DNA of 64,000 nt from the human T2T-CHM13v2.0 reference genome, Homo sapiens, in the NCBI RefSeq assembly GCF_009914755.1, contig NC_060926.1. One strand, written 5' to 3'. Shown piece after piece: positions 42,943 through 57,637 of the stretch. The translations under genes and the position numbers were made by a program. Numbering within the stretch: the first letter of the stretch is position 1; every line of letters begins with the position of its first letter. A model generated the notes under the pieces. It was not told the DNA's origin and did no database searches. It worked only from the letters and a program-made list of their open reading frames with translations.

Positions 42943-43113
42943 ACAAGTTAGTTAAGATGCACGTATATACGAGTAACCATAACTCTTAGTAACAGGTCGC
43001 AGTTTTTTTTAATCTACAAAGGCTATTTGATTATATTATTTCTCAATAGATCTGATATATGAATTTATTGTGGACAACTCTGAATAGGAGACCAAAGGAT
43101 TGTTTTATCTTTA

Positions 43114-43419
<306 letters not shown>

Positions 43420-44554
43420 TTAAGGAAAACCCAGACTATTTCAATCACAACCAAAGTATAGGTCAAAGCTTAAGAGTCCAGGGATTTTCTTTTACTTTTT
43501 TTTTTTTTTTAAAAAAAAACAACAAAAAACTAAAAAGCATATTTGTTTATGAAGGCCTTAGGCAAGGCTTGAAAAAGAATATCATTTCATTATTGATTTA
43601 AATATCTTTAGAAAGAGGTAAAAGATAAAGCCAAATTGGTAAGTTCCAACAATCTAAAAGCCTCTGAAAGCAATTTCCAGATGTTTTAGTGTAGCAAAAT
43701 CTGAATTTACTCATTGAATACTAACTCATTTCCATGAGGTCTGTGACAGTTAATAAAGTTTATGGATTGACTTACTTATTTCCCAAATATGCAAAACCTG
43801 GTGCTTGAATACATATAAAACATTATGAAGAATAAATTACAAAATAAGATAGGTGAGATAATTTTTTTTCTTTTGTTGGGAGCTCGCAATAGAGTGAGGC
43901 ATTTTACTGAGAAAGAGAAATAGAATAATGGGTTTCTATTGCAAAAGATCACAGAAAACTACAAAATAATGTTAAGTTTAAAAACTTGCATAGGGGATAT
44001 GTTCAGGCATCAGGAGGATAGTGAGCCTTATATAGATTGTCTTTTTTGGCCTTGAATTAAGCTACTAAAGGAATAATTGCGTGGATGGCTAGTGAATAGA
44101 GAGCAGGATATCTATTCATATAATTCTTGGACAGATTTGAAGTAAACAGTGAGAATTTCCATTTCCAAAGGCTTAAAATAGAGAAAAAGGAAGTTGGTGA
44201 GTTTGGGGATCACTAGATGATAACAATATATTGAGTCTAACAGAAAATACATAGTTATGACTGTACACCAGGTTGCACATTGGGCTACATTTTAAAAGGT
44301 GGAGAATACAAAGTAAGGAACGGCAACTGAAATTCTTGTACATTGAAACTGAAAATGTAAGTAGGCTCAATCACTTTTTAAAGCTATCAAATTAGTTTGT
44401 AAAAAATGGAAGTATCAACACGATATGATCCATTCATTCCCCTTCTATGTATATATTCAGTAGAAATGCCCACCAGTGTGCCTCAAACGTCATGCACAAA
44501 ATGTTCACTGCAGTAGTACTCATTTATCCTTTTGAATTTTATAATTTTCACCAG

Positions 44555-44673
44555 TGAACTATATAGTTATACGTATATGGACATATATACTATAATTTAT
44601 ACATATGTATAAATTATACTATGTATACACTACTATATATTGTAGTGTATAATATATAACTATATATATATAG

Positions 44674-44718
<45 letters not shown>
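44555..44718. repeat. AT-rich palindromic block ending in (TA)22
   Basis: Pure (TA)22 at 44675-44718, preceded by self-complementary segments (aactatatagtt; atacactac...gtagtgtat; tatataactatatatatatagttatata). Confidence 0.9.
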
Positions 44719-44723
<5 letters not shown>

Positions 44724-44793
44724 TTATTTGCCCAAATTTTTTCAGTGAACATTTAGGTTATTTTGGGTTTTTTTTTGAAATTATAGTGAAATC

Positions 44794-45119
<326 letters not shown>

Positions 45120-45638
45120 TCAACAAGCATATTCACGTACAAGATGTTTTATAATATTGTTGGAATTTATGGTCTAAAAATCCTCAACTTTACTAGATAT
45201 TGTCATATTTCTCTCCAAAGAGTTTGTGCCAATATATGTACCACTATTTTATGGATCTTTCTGTTTTAAATGTATTCTAATTTGAATTCATGAAAGCTGT
45301 ACCTCACTGTGTTTTTTATTTCCTTGCCAGGAATAACAGATAGATTCAAAATCTCTTGGCATTTTGTTGTTATGATTTGAATTTCTATTTCTGTGATATT
45401 TTGATTCATATATTTTGCCCAAATTTTTTGTTGGATTTTTATTTATTTATATGATCAATTTACATATTCTTAATATTGATCCTTTGTTAGTCATATGTAT
45501 CATAAATTTTTTTTGAGTCAAAGCTTTGCTTTTCATTACTTCAGTATGTCTTTAGTGGATAAGATTTTTATATTGTTATTATTGTAATATTATCGACTTG
45601 GATATCAGAGCTGCCTTGTTACAAAAACACAAGAACTA

Positions 45639-45981
45639 CAGCCACGTGCCACGTAATGACATTTCGGTCAATGATGGGCAGCATATACAGTGGTGGTCCC
45701 ATAAGATTATAATTGAGCATATATAGAAACCTGATACATGACACTTGATATTGGCATTGCACTTCAAGAAGGAGAAATGATTATTGATATTTAGTAATAG
45801 TGCTAGGACCTTTGGTTTGTCATATGAAAAAATACACACACACAGACACACACACACACAAACACACACCCACACACCCCTAGGTTTGTGTAAGTATGCT
45901 CTATGATGTTCATGCAATGACTAAATTGTCTAATGACACATTTCACAGAACATATCCCCATCATTAAGTGACGCATGACTG
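45639..45981. mobile_element. Tigger3a-like TcMar MITE
   Basis: cagccacgtgccacgtaatgac...ggtggtcccataagattataat...taagtgacgcatgactg, with TA on both flanks. Confidence 0.85.
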
Positions 45982-46499
45982 TATTTATATTTTGCTAAAC
46001 AAACTGCATATTTTAGAACTTTATCACTATTTTACAATTTGATCTATAAAAGATATTTATATTTTCATTAAATTACTTACATTTTATAGTATCTCAAAAC
46101 GTTTTATAGTTTTTGCTGTCATATTTTTATGTAACTTTTATTTTTTATTGCTCTTGTAGCCATTAGCCACATTATTAAACTCTCTTGTTAATTCTAATAA
46201 TGGGTCTGAAGAATATCTTGGGTCTTTTTTTATGTAGATGCCATACAGAACTGTATTAAGTAAAATGTAACAGACTGTAATCTACCAATCTGAATGAATT
46301 CTAAAAATATATTAAGAAAAATAGCGCATTTCAAGGAAATAGATATATGATGCCACTTATATAACGTTTTACTGTTACGTATACATTTTATATGAAATTT
46401 AAATTTATATACAATTATATATAAATTTTATATAAATTATATAAATTGATAAATTTTATATAAAATAATGCTTTGTGAACAACCTGCATTGAGGACATT

Positions 46500-48570
46500 A
46501 AAAACACCAATGCTTATACTTTGTATTTCTTCAACTTGTCTTACTTGATGAATAGATGACAGACATACTTTTCTCATTGTTGGACTTAAATGCTTCAAAT
46601 ATTCTACCATTGATTCAATGTTTACTGCAAGTTTTAATAGACATCCTATATTAAGAAAGTGACTTTCTATTACTAGTTTGGTTAATATTAATAATCTAAA
46701 AATCTGTTGAGTTTTATCAAAGACTTCTGTTAAGCTGATAATATGGTTTATTCTTTATAACATGAATTATATCAATAGATTTTGCAAAATTAAGACATCA
46801 TTGCATCACTTAGGCTTTTGTAAAAACATGTTAATGTTTTGTTCTAAATTTTATATTTAGAGTGACTACATGTACTTCCAAGTGATATTGGCTTATGATA
46901 CTAATATTTATACAGCCCTAATTTGGTTTTGATATCAAGAATATATGATACTTATAACATGAATTGAGGAGTGTCTCCTCTGTTTTTATTTTCTGAAAAG
47001 GCTTACATAATATTTGCAATTCTATTTTCTATGAAAGTTTTTCAGGTATCTGTAAAAATTACACATTCATGACAGTATACTTTTTAAATAAATTTTTAAG
47101 TATGAGATAATTCTAATGGCTTATTAATTTATTGAGATTTTTGTCTGAGTCAAAAGATTTTTGTCTGGATAGGTTTTAGTTCTTAAAACATCTAGTTCAT
47201 CTTTGTTTTCCAAATTATTAGCATAATATTCTTAGTATACACATAATTATTTTAATGTCTGCAATAAATGTTGCATTCTCCATTTTTGTCTTAATATTAT
47301 GTACTTGTATTTTCTACATCTTTTTCTTGATTAAACATCCCAGAGGTTTGTCTGTTTTATTAACTTTTTTTTACAAGTAAACAATAGCTGATTCTCTATT
47401 GTTTATGTTTCCTGATTTTAAACAGCATTAGTAAGTTTACTTTGCAAATTGTGGTATATTAAGCTAATAAATGTAAAAGTAAAACCAGTATTTGGAATCT
47501 AGTAAGATCTTTATAAGTACTATTATTGTTATGGCTGCTGAGATTATGATTTCTTTAGGCTTTTATCTTTATTATTATTCCTTTCTATTTTTTCAGTTTT
47601 ATTACTTTATTTTTATAGCTTATTTTCCATCCTCATATTCAGCACGTCTTTGAATAAAAATATATGATAAATTTATCAATTTATAGTCAAAGTGGTAAAT
47701 TGTCAAAGAAGCTTCATCCTACTGGTTTTGTTACATTATATTTTCATTTTACATCATTCTGAGTATTTTATTTCACAAAATGAGCTTTCTTTTGACCTAA
47801 GATTTATCTACATTTTAAAAATATTTTCAAACATATGTCCTTTTTAAAATTTTTTAAATTGTTTCATACATTTCGATCAATAATTATACATTTGATATCT
47901 CTACAGTCAAATTTCTCTTAGGAATATTTCCAGGCTTGTTTGAGAATATACTTCTCTGGAAGGGCTTTGTTTTACTTCTGTCAGACTCCCCAAATTTCTG
48001 ACAATTTATTACCATATTTTTTATTTCTCAGTTTGAATTATCACACACAGCATAAATTCATTTTCAAAATCTATTTGTGGCCTCTTCTATGGATATAATT
48101 ATTAGAGGATGTTATTTTTACCATCCAAAAAAATACATAACTTTTTTTTCATTTCATTAAAAATGAAATATTTCCCCAGCAAAGGGAGACTATATGAAAT
48201 TATTTCTTACAAAGTTTTTTCTTTAGAGAAGTAGTCCCCAGGATCTTGGCTTCCCATGGGAGCTGGAGCTCAACTTTCCTCCTAGTTCCTGCCAAAACTC
48301 TGGCTTCCCTATTTAAAGTAGACAGCTCTAGGCTCTAGGTCTGATGAATAGGCAAAAGTCCTTGAGGCAACTCAATTTTGCAATCTTGCTAGCATTCTGA
48401 TTTTCATCTTTTCCCTCTTTTGTTTGGTCCTTACGTGTTTCCTTTTTTTTTTTATGAATATAACTATGTTCTCCAAAGGCTATTGGCCATATTTTACCCA
48501 TTTTCCTAGGATTAATTATTACCTTGAGGAAATTTCAGAATATTCACTGTTAAGAGAAGTGGAAGATATT
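46500..48570 (-). mobile_element. Highly diverged L1M (L1ME-like) fragments
   Basis: Antisense L1 motifs (aatgcttcaaatattctaccatt, tgttgagttttatcaaa, ggttttgatatcaag, cagaggtttgtctgttttattaa). Boundaries uncertain. Confidence 0.45.
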
Positions 48571-49172
48571 GCCTTGTTTGTGATTACAAGTATTCCTGAA
48601 AATCCAGTTGTTGACCATATATACCCATCCATTTTAACCTTAATCCTAGCCAACATCTCAATTCTCACCCTTCTCCTCTTATTTGCTGAATGGCTATCTT
48701 GTCTTACCTGTCCTCCTTTCCAGTCTCTGCAGTTTCCCAGTGATTCATTCCATCTTAATAAATGCAGGCGCCATGTCTTAAACAGCCCTCTCTGTTTCCT
48801 CCATAGTATCTACCTAGTATAATATTTTGACTAGAGTACAACTTTCAAGACATCTTAATTGATTGATTTTAAAATTTATACCAAATAATCCATCTGAAAC
48901 AAAACAATTTATATGATGTAAGTTTGTTAGTGAGTTAGATTTAGGTATTTCTAATATAACTAACATGTACATTCACTCTGCTACTAGCTAGACACTGCAT
49001 GACATATGAGAGCCATTTTCTCTTTAGATTAACCCTCTTTATTATAATACTACTTTCTATTCATAACCTACACTGTTTCTGACTGCTCTTGGAATTCCAG
49101 GGCACTCTCACTAGCTCTCTGTTAATTTGAACATTAACAAGGTCATCATGTAACTGAAGGGCACTAAATGGT

Positions 49173-49173
49173 T

Positions 49174-49212
<39 letters not shown>

Positions 49213-49216
49213 TTTT
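49173..49216. repeat. (TTTA)n tetranucleotide microsatellite
   Basis: About 10 TTTA units. Confidence 0.93.
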
Positions 49217-51094
49217 TGATGCAGGCTCTGAGTTAGGGGAGGGGCATGTACATTTTGAGTTAAATTCAGAGACATTGGAAATACCAAAGAGATACCCACT
49301 GTTATTTTTCACAAATGAGTTGGGCTGACAGGTTGTTTAATATCAACAGAATAATGCGTACCCTGACATTTTCAAATTGTCTAGGAACTTTGAGAACTGA
49401 ATACTTCATCATGCCTTTAGTTCTTCAGTGTTCTTTTCAGAAATCTCTTCCTGCCTGAAATAAGTGTATGACATTAGATTTCCTTCTAAGAAGAGCACAA
49501 ATAAGTCTCCCCTTTTAAGAATGATTTCCAGTATTCAAATCAGATAGAAATTTCAGGCAGACCTGAATATACATTTATATTTATATCAATTTAACATTTA
49601 TATGTATCAGATAATTGCTTTGATAAGATGAGAATGAAGTTTAACTAAATTTTGGAGGGGATGGAAACAAACTTTATTTCCAACAACCACCTTACTTATT
49701 TGTAATGTTTAGTTTCACGAAAGCACATGCATCAAGTATACAGAACAGCTTTACTTTAGGAAACAAAATAAATGAGCTTTACTTAAGAAATGAGAGAACA
49801 ATTTTTAAAAGAATGAATAGTATTTGGTTTACTGTTTTATCAAAGTATAAATGTATTAAACAAATGCCACCTTAGCATTGCATATAGTAATTAATATTGA
49901 GTGTAAGTAAATACAAACACAGTCATTTTTAAATAATTACTTGTTTTGTTGTAGCTGTTATTTTCTTACAGCTTCATCCATAGCATCAGCAACAATTATA
50001 GGTCTAATACTGTGCCAATTCAGTTACATTGTATTAGCTGGACAGCTGTTTAAGGATTTATGAAAATATTCATGCTATCATAACAGCAGTAGCTGATATA
50101 TTTAATTTTTATTATCTGTAAAATTACCAGATACTCCCTGAAAATCGGTATGGAACAATTAAACTTTTAGACATTCTGGGCCATGGGTGCTGAAGAAAAC
50201 ATTAAGGAAGAAAAAGGCAAAATCAAATATTAGGCTTTCATTCCCTAACTTCTGTCAAAAAAAAAATAATAATAAGCTCAGTCCTCATGGATCTTAACAA
50301 AGAAGTTCTAGCATGATCATAAGGTCAAACATCGCACAGTGACCTGCCTTTAAAATGTAAGACACCCGACTGGACAAGTTTTCTATACCTCTCTTCTCTG
50401 TAGTACTGACTTAGCACTTCACTCACACTGGCTTGGTTATCGGCCAACTTTTCACTAGTAAAGGCTTGCTTCTCAATTTGCCTATAATTTCCACTGTGAC
50501 AGCCTTTTATCTTTTTGTAATCTCCACAGTACATAGAATGAGATCTTCAATGTCTTAATTTTAGTAACTATTTGTTGATTGATTTTATGTTTGTGTATAG
50601 TATGGGAAATATATAGTAGGCCCTCTGAGATAAATAAGAAAAAAAATATATTTAGAATAAAAATATGGTCTCTGCAATATGGACCCAAAGTGTAACGGTC
50701 ATTCTGGGAAATGAACTAAATAAGATTCTATGAACAGAGTATCCCCAAAAGGGCAATACTAGTGGGTTGGGAGAGGGAGTAAGTGGCACGTAAGGAATTC
50801 TGAAACATTGAGACAAGTATTAATTATGATTCATCTGTCCTTATTCCACTCTTGACTTCCTGAAAGAAAATGGTTTTATTTTTGAGTTGTCAAGAGTGTC
50901 CTTTATTATTGGTGTGGGCTGATATGATGAAATTAAAACAGAAAAATCCCATGACAACAATATTAACAACTGTTTAGGGCTAGATTGAAGCAAAACAAAA
51001 ATGTAAGCCTAAAATAATATAATTAAAAGCTCATATTTGCTTATTTCAGGTAATCATGATATTGGCATTGCTTTGGATATTTGTTCCTGACTGC

Positions 51095-51272
51095 AAGAGA
51101 TGGGCAAATATTTTCCATAAAGGATAAGATAGTAGATATTTTAGGCTTTTTCAGCCACATGTTATCACTATCACTTATTCCTGTCTTTAAAAAAACACAG
51201 TTTAACAGTGTAAAAATAATTCTTCTCTCAAGGGCCATTAAAATACTTCCAGGATATAGTATGCCAAACCTT
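51095..51272. mobile_element. MER58-like hAT-Charlie element
   Basis: gggcaaatattttccataaaggataagatagtagatattttaggcttt...tagtatgccaaaccttg. Confidence 0.55.
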
Positions 51273-51449
51273 GCTTATTACTGTTATAAACTACAGGATG
51301 TAAATATTAAAGATTTTAACAAATGCCCTTTACTCCTCTAAGTCTGGTTACTAAGGGAACTTTTTATTGCAACCATCTTATTTCTTAAAGATAAGCAGAG
51401 TTACGGCAGGGTAGAAATTCAGCTATATAACATAGGCATTACCCTGGAT

Positions 51450-51790
51450 AACAGTCTCTTTTCTTTCAGTGTAGGCTAGAACTAGTGACTCACTTTTAAT
51501 AAGTAAATAAGGCAATAGTGACAGTGTGTGACTGGGATACTTGGTAGGCCATTATAAAGCAGTATGGCTTTGCATTCTATATCTTAGACCACTTGCTACG
51601 GAAAAAGCCAGCTGTTATGTCATGAGCAATTATATAGAGAAGCCCATGAAGCAAGTAACTGAAGCCTCCAGCTAATAGCCATTTGAGTGGACTTAGAGTC
51701 AGAACCCCCAGCTCTAGTCAAGCCTCACCTGATTGAAGGTTTGACTGAAATCTTTGTTGTAGTTATGTGAGATACCTTAGGTTGAACCAT
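51450..51790 (+). mobile_element. MLT1F/G-like MaLR LTR fragment
   Basis: ctagtgactcactttta, aagccagctgttatgtcatgag, aactgaagcctccagctaatagcca, ctagtcaagcct. Confidence 0.6.
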
Positions 51791-53806
51791 AAAATACTAA
51801 TGCAGAAATAAGTTACTACTAATTTAGAGATTTGTAACTAAAGTATAGTCATATTTAGAGACATGCACACCAGGTTTAGGAAAATATTTTTGAGAAGCAT
51901 TCCTTAATAATAGATCTTCATATTTAGTTAATACATCAAATATCTCTGTTAATGACTCCTAAATTTATAAAGACTTATTCCCCAGACACTAGTAATGTTC
52001 TTTTTCAGTCATCTTAATGTCAGTTTACTTAGTAAATATTTGAAATAAGTTAGTATGAGTAGCATTTTGCTCATTGTTTCTTTACATATCAAAGTCTGGC
52101 ACTGATTTCTTACAGTAATTATATTTATCCTTAAATTATATCAGGTTAATTATATTAGTTTACCATATCTTAGCTCTTTCTACCCTTTGGTGCTATTCAG
52201 CAGAATGATCTGAATATGTGAGTCAATTTTCAGGAACTAAAACATAAAAAGGACCCGTGTACTTTACCTATAAGGATAATGAGTTAACAGTCACCTATAC
52301 GCATTAGAAACAGATGAAATAGAAATCCTGACCTCAAAATAAATTTCTAATTTCTAAATAAAACACTTTGAGGAAGCAATGGACGTAGGCTAGAAGAAAA
52401 GTTATCAAACTTATTGTTAAATTAGTTACAAATTAGGCATTTAAAATATAATACTTTTTGGACTTTAAATATAGAATATAGTCTCCAAGGGACAGCACAG
52501 TATATTTATAGTGGTCTTCCCTCTAGCTAATTGAAATAGCAAATGTTTACCCTGGATCAACTCATGACAGTGCCACAGTTGAACAGATTAAGATTTACAG
52601 ATTGTCACTGCTAATGGCTGCAGCTGCACTATTTTGGTGGCCCAGGAAGTGCGCTTGGCCAGGCAAGCACTGCATCTGCATGCTTAATGTTAACACTCAG
52701 GCCTTTTACAGATTTAATAAAATTGACAATTTATGCACAGACATGCCAGAATCTAGAGCCAAGGAAGACAAAATCACTAAGGTTGAGGGGTAAAAATTCA
52801 AGCTGCCTGCCAGAAGCATGTGCAGCTGCATTAGAAACAGGAAGAAGGTTCCATCGACACACCTGCTAGAGATGCCTACTTTGCAAAATCTCTGCTTTTT
52901 TCCTCCAGTACACAATTGTAGCACCGAGTTCATTATTGCTTACCTGTCTCTCCAGGTGAGATTCAGAGTCGAGGATTGTGTTGTTGATTCAATTTATTCA
53001 ACAGGAGATACAACCCACTTGAAATTAAGTTACTTTGCCCACTGTTTTCAAAACTCAGGAAGACATTATGTATGTGTGGTATATCATCCTTGTCTTTCTC
53101 AATCCCACTTTTCAGTAAAGCAAAGCTTTGTTGTTGGAAAATATATGCAAATGGGAAGTTAGCAGCCAGTCCTTAAATTTCTAGATCTTTCTTTGCTATT
53201 TTGAGCCTTTCACATCTTAATGCCTTGTGGGAAGTTAGTCTGCAGTGTTACATTGTTTTGTGATCTAAGAGAAGGCCCCAGTATATCTGTATGAGAAATG
53301 CTGAGTGCCTGAATTCAAGCCATCACATTTGATTCAATGAAGTCAGTCCAATCTTACCATTTACAGAATGTGATGGTAAGGGCAGACATTTCTTCCCAAC
53401 ACACTATGTTTCTGTCAGGTAGAGAGAACTCATTAGCATATTAAATCTGGTTTTTAAAATAATTTGGCATAAGAAAGTGACCATGTATTGCTCCATCTCT
53501 GTCACATTCTTTCCTTTTTTGGAGTTTGTTTTTACTCAGGGAGTACATGCAATTTGGTGGATAAATCATTCTAATTTCATTTCAATATAAAGAAATCTAT
53601 TTGCTCAGAAATATAAACCATTGTCAGATTTCAGAAAATGGTCTCTACCTACAACTTTGTCTACTAGTCTAAAAGCAGAAAGGAGAAAAGAGTGACTGTC
53701 TCAAATCTGAACAGTTATATTTTTGAGAGTTTGAAGAAAGAATAGATATACATTATAAACAATGTGGTAAAGCATTCACTGTTTCCGATTCCTGTCTAAT
53801 ACGTGA

Positions 53807-54537
<731 letters not shown>

Positions 54538-54684
54538 TGATAAAGTCTTCAGTTGTCTCACTTCCCTTCACCTCCATGAAATAATTCATACTGGGAGAAA
54601 ACGCTATGAATGTAAGACCTGTGATGAAGCCTACACACATTCCATGCCATGACTTACTTGCCATGAAAGAAGTCATGCTGGAGA

Positions 54685-54993
54685 GGCTGGTACAGTGGCT
54701 TACACCTGCAATCCCAGCACTTTGGGAGGCCAAGGTTTGTGGATTGCTTGAGCTTAGGCATTCACAACCAGCCTGGTCAACATAGTGAAACCCTATCTAT
54801 ACGAAAAATAAAATAATTAGCAGGGCATGGTGGTACAGGACTGTAGTCCCAGCTGCTTGAGAGACTGAGATGGGAGGATCACTTGAGCCTGGGAGGTCCA
54901 GGCTGTAGTCAGCTAATATCCTGCTGCTGCACTCCAGCCTCCTGGGTGACAGAGTAAAACCCTGTCTCAAAAAAAGAAAAAAGGAAAAAGAAA
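54685..54993 (+). mobile_element. AluJ-like SINE within the ZNF retrocopy (supplies the stop codon)
   Basis: ggctggtacagtggcttacacctgcaatcccagcactttgggagg...ggaggatcacttgagcctgggagg...A-tail. Confidence 0.9.
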
Positions 54994-55300
<307 letters not shown>

Positions 55301-57605
55301 TTATACTGGAGAGAAAACTTATGAATTGTGGAAAAGCATTCAGTTGTATTAGTTCTTTTTCAAAGACATAAAAAGCCACAGGGGAAAAAAAAAAAAAGAA
55401 AAAAAAAGCCCTACGCATGTAAGAAATGTGGTAAAGCACTTACTCTTTCCATTTTCCTCATAAACATGAAAGAGCTCACACTGGAGAGAAACCTTAAAAA
55501 TGTGAGAAATGTGGTAAAGCCTTCTGATTTTCTTTCTCTGATTTTCTCTTTTTCTTTTTTTCTTTTTTTTTTTTTTTGGAAGGCTTGGGAGGACTCATGG
55601 TGAAGAAAAGCCTTTTGAATTTAAATTTGTGGTAAGGCTTTCAGTTGTTCTAGTTCCATTTGAAGACAAGAACTCATTCTGAGAAAAGCCTTATGAATAT
55701 CTAGAATGTGAGAATGCTTTCATTTCTCTCATATCCATTCAAGGACATATGAAAATGCACACTATAGCTGGATCTTGTAAATATAAGAAAGTACATGGGA
55801 TTAAAACTCTAATAGGTTGGAAACTACAAGAAAGTTTTCAGTTTTAACATTTACTTCAAAAGAAATGTGAAAACTCCCACTGAAAGAAGTTCTATAAATG
55901 AAGTTTTTCTAATTTGGAAAGCCTGATGCAAATTAATTATTGTACGGTGCTTGAAAAGAATGCACATGGATGAAATGTTATGTAAATTAAAAATATATTG
56001 TTTTTATCAGTGGCTTGTTCTTCAAAAAGACCCTGGGGTATGCGTTTCGACTTATACTGGAGGAAAACATTGAGGTGAGAGTGTTGTACATGCTCTTTAA
56101 CCGGTAGTACTTTAATAAGAAATGATATTTTCTTAAGTTTGTTGGTAGAATTTTTGTCTGTTCATTTGATAATATGCTGGATTCAGGGTTGAATTTTGAT
56201 GTTTTTCTAATATGTAGATGCTTAGTTTTTATGTGTTGTCTTTTGATTAATGGATCAAGGAGTAACAAATGTTACTTGCTGGGATTTTCTTAATAGTCTT
56301 ATTTGGCAAATTTTTGTTATCCCTTGTCCATTATACACATTCCACCTTTTTTTAATTAAGTGAAAATCTACTCTTGGTGTAAAGATGTTTATTTTTTGCT
56401 AATAATGTCTTGGTATTAATTCCTAAGTACATAAGATTTATCAGAGTATCAAAAAAAGAATAGATATACATTAGAAAGAGAACTAAATATTGTTCAAAAT
56501 AGAATTTGAACATTACGGACTTGATCACATTTTAATTTTATATCATAAGTTTCTGACATGAGGTAACTATGAGGAGGAACAATATAGGAAGTAACACAGA
56601 GAAACAATTTCTTATTATCCCACCTCACAGTTGATCACTTCTAAATGCATTGTGTATTCACTATTCAGATTTAAAAAGAAAACAGTCTATCATTTTTGGA
56701 ATGACCTAGTAGTTCAAATGAGAAAGTAGTCATAGAAAATAAACAAGAAGTCAATGCTTTGGACAGGAAGCAAGCAAAACTGAAGTTTCTCATGGGTCAT
56801 GGTGTATGATTTCTGCCAAGGACAGCACTGTACAGTCGGAGTAAAAAGTTAGGTGAGGCTATTGTTCAGCCCAATATGCCAGAAAATTCTTTGCGATAAG
56901 ACAACCCTATATAGAAAATAAGTTTGAAAAAATCTTAGGTATCCTGAGATTTTTATTTCTAAAGATTTGGGGTATATCTGCATGCGGTTACTTGCTTTGT
57001 TGAAGCCACTATAGCCCTTCGTAGACACTCACAGCAAAATTATCCCCATTTATCTCAAAATATTTGGTTTTCCACGTATGATCAAACAGCTCTTTTAGAA
57101 CATGGTGTCTTTATTTTATCAGTTAGAGTGTTACTTGTGCACTCTTTATTCTCTTATATAAATTATAGTTTTATGAAGCTAATTCACATAAAAATTGAAT
57201 AAAGTATTTTTTAAATAATAATCATTGCAGCAACAAATACCGATTGTTTTCATTTACAATTGGTCCTTCTGTATTCTTCCAATCTGCCTTAATATTTTTA
57301 GAGTTTTTTTTGTTTAATCCATCCTACATCAACATAACAATAGTTTGGATGATAATCATTCTTCTTTTGTGTATACTTAGTGGCAGGAAATGGTTGCAAC
57401 AAACAGTGATATTATAAAATAATGGGGCTACATACTTGTGCTCACCACTGAATTGAATAAATTAAATTGAAGGCACGTGGAAATGGAGATAACTGACCTC
57501 TCATTAAGTAAACAAATGCTGAAAAATCCACTGTTGTTAGGGAGACTGTGGATAAAAAATGCTCTTTTTTCTTCTCAATTACGAGCTATCTCCACAGAAC
57601 CATAA

Positions 57606-57637
57606 CACACACACACACACGCATACACACACTCACA
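57606..57637. repeat. (CA)n imperfect microsatellite
   Basis: cacacacacacacacgcatacacacactcaca. Confidence 0.8.

Noticed and set aside
43496-43537. T-run followed by A-run as a hairpin or terminator
   Set aside because: Low-complexity homopolymers; bacterial-style terminators are not meaningful here.
48424-48822. 132-aa hydrophobic ORF resembling a membrane protein
   Set aside because: Non-ATG start, T-rich composition, overlaps degraded L1, and no recognisable domain.
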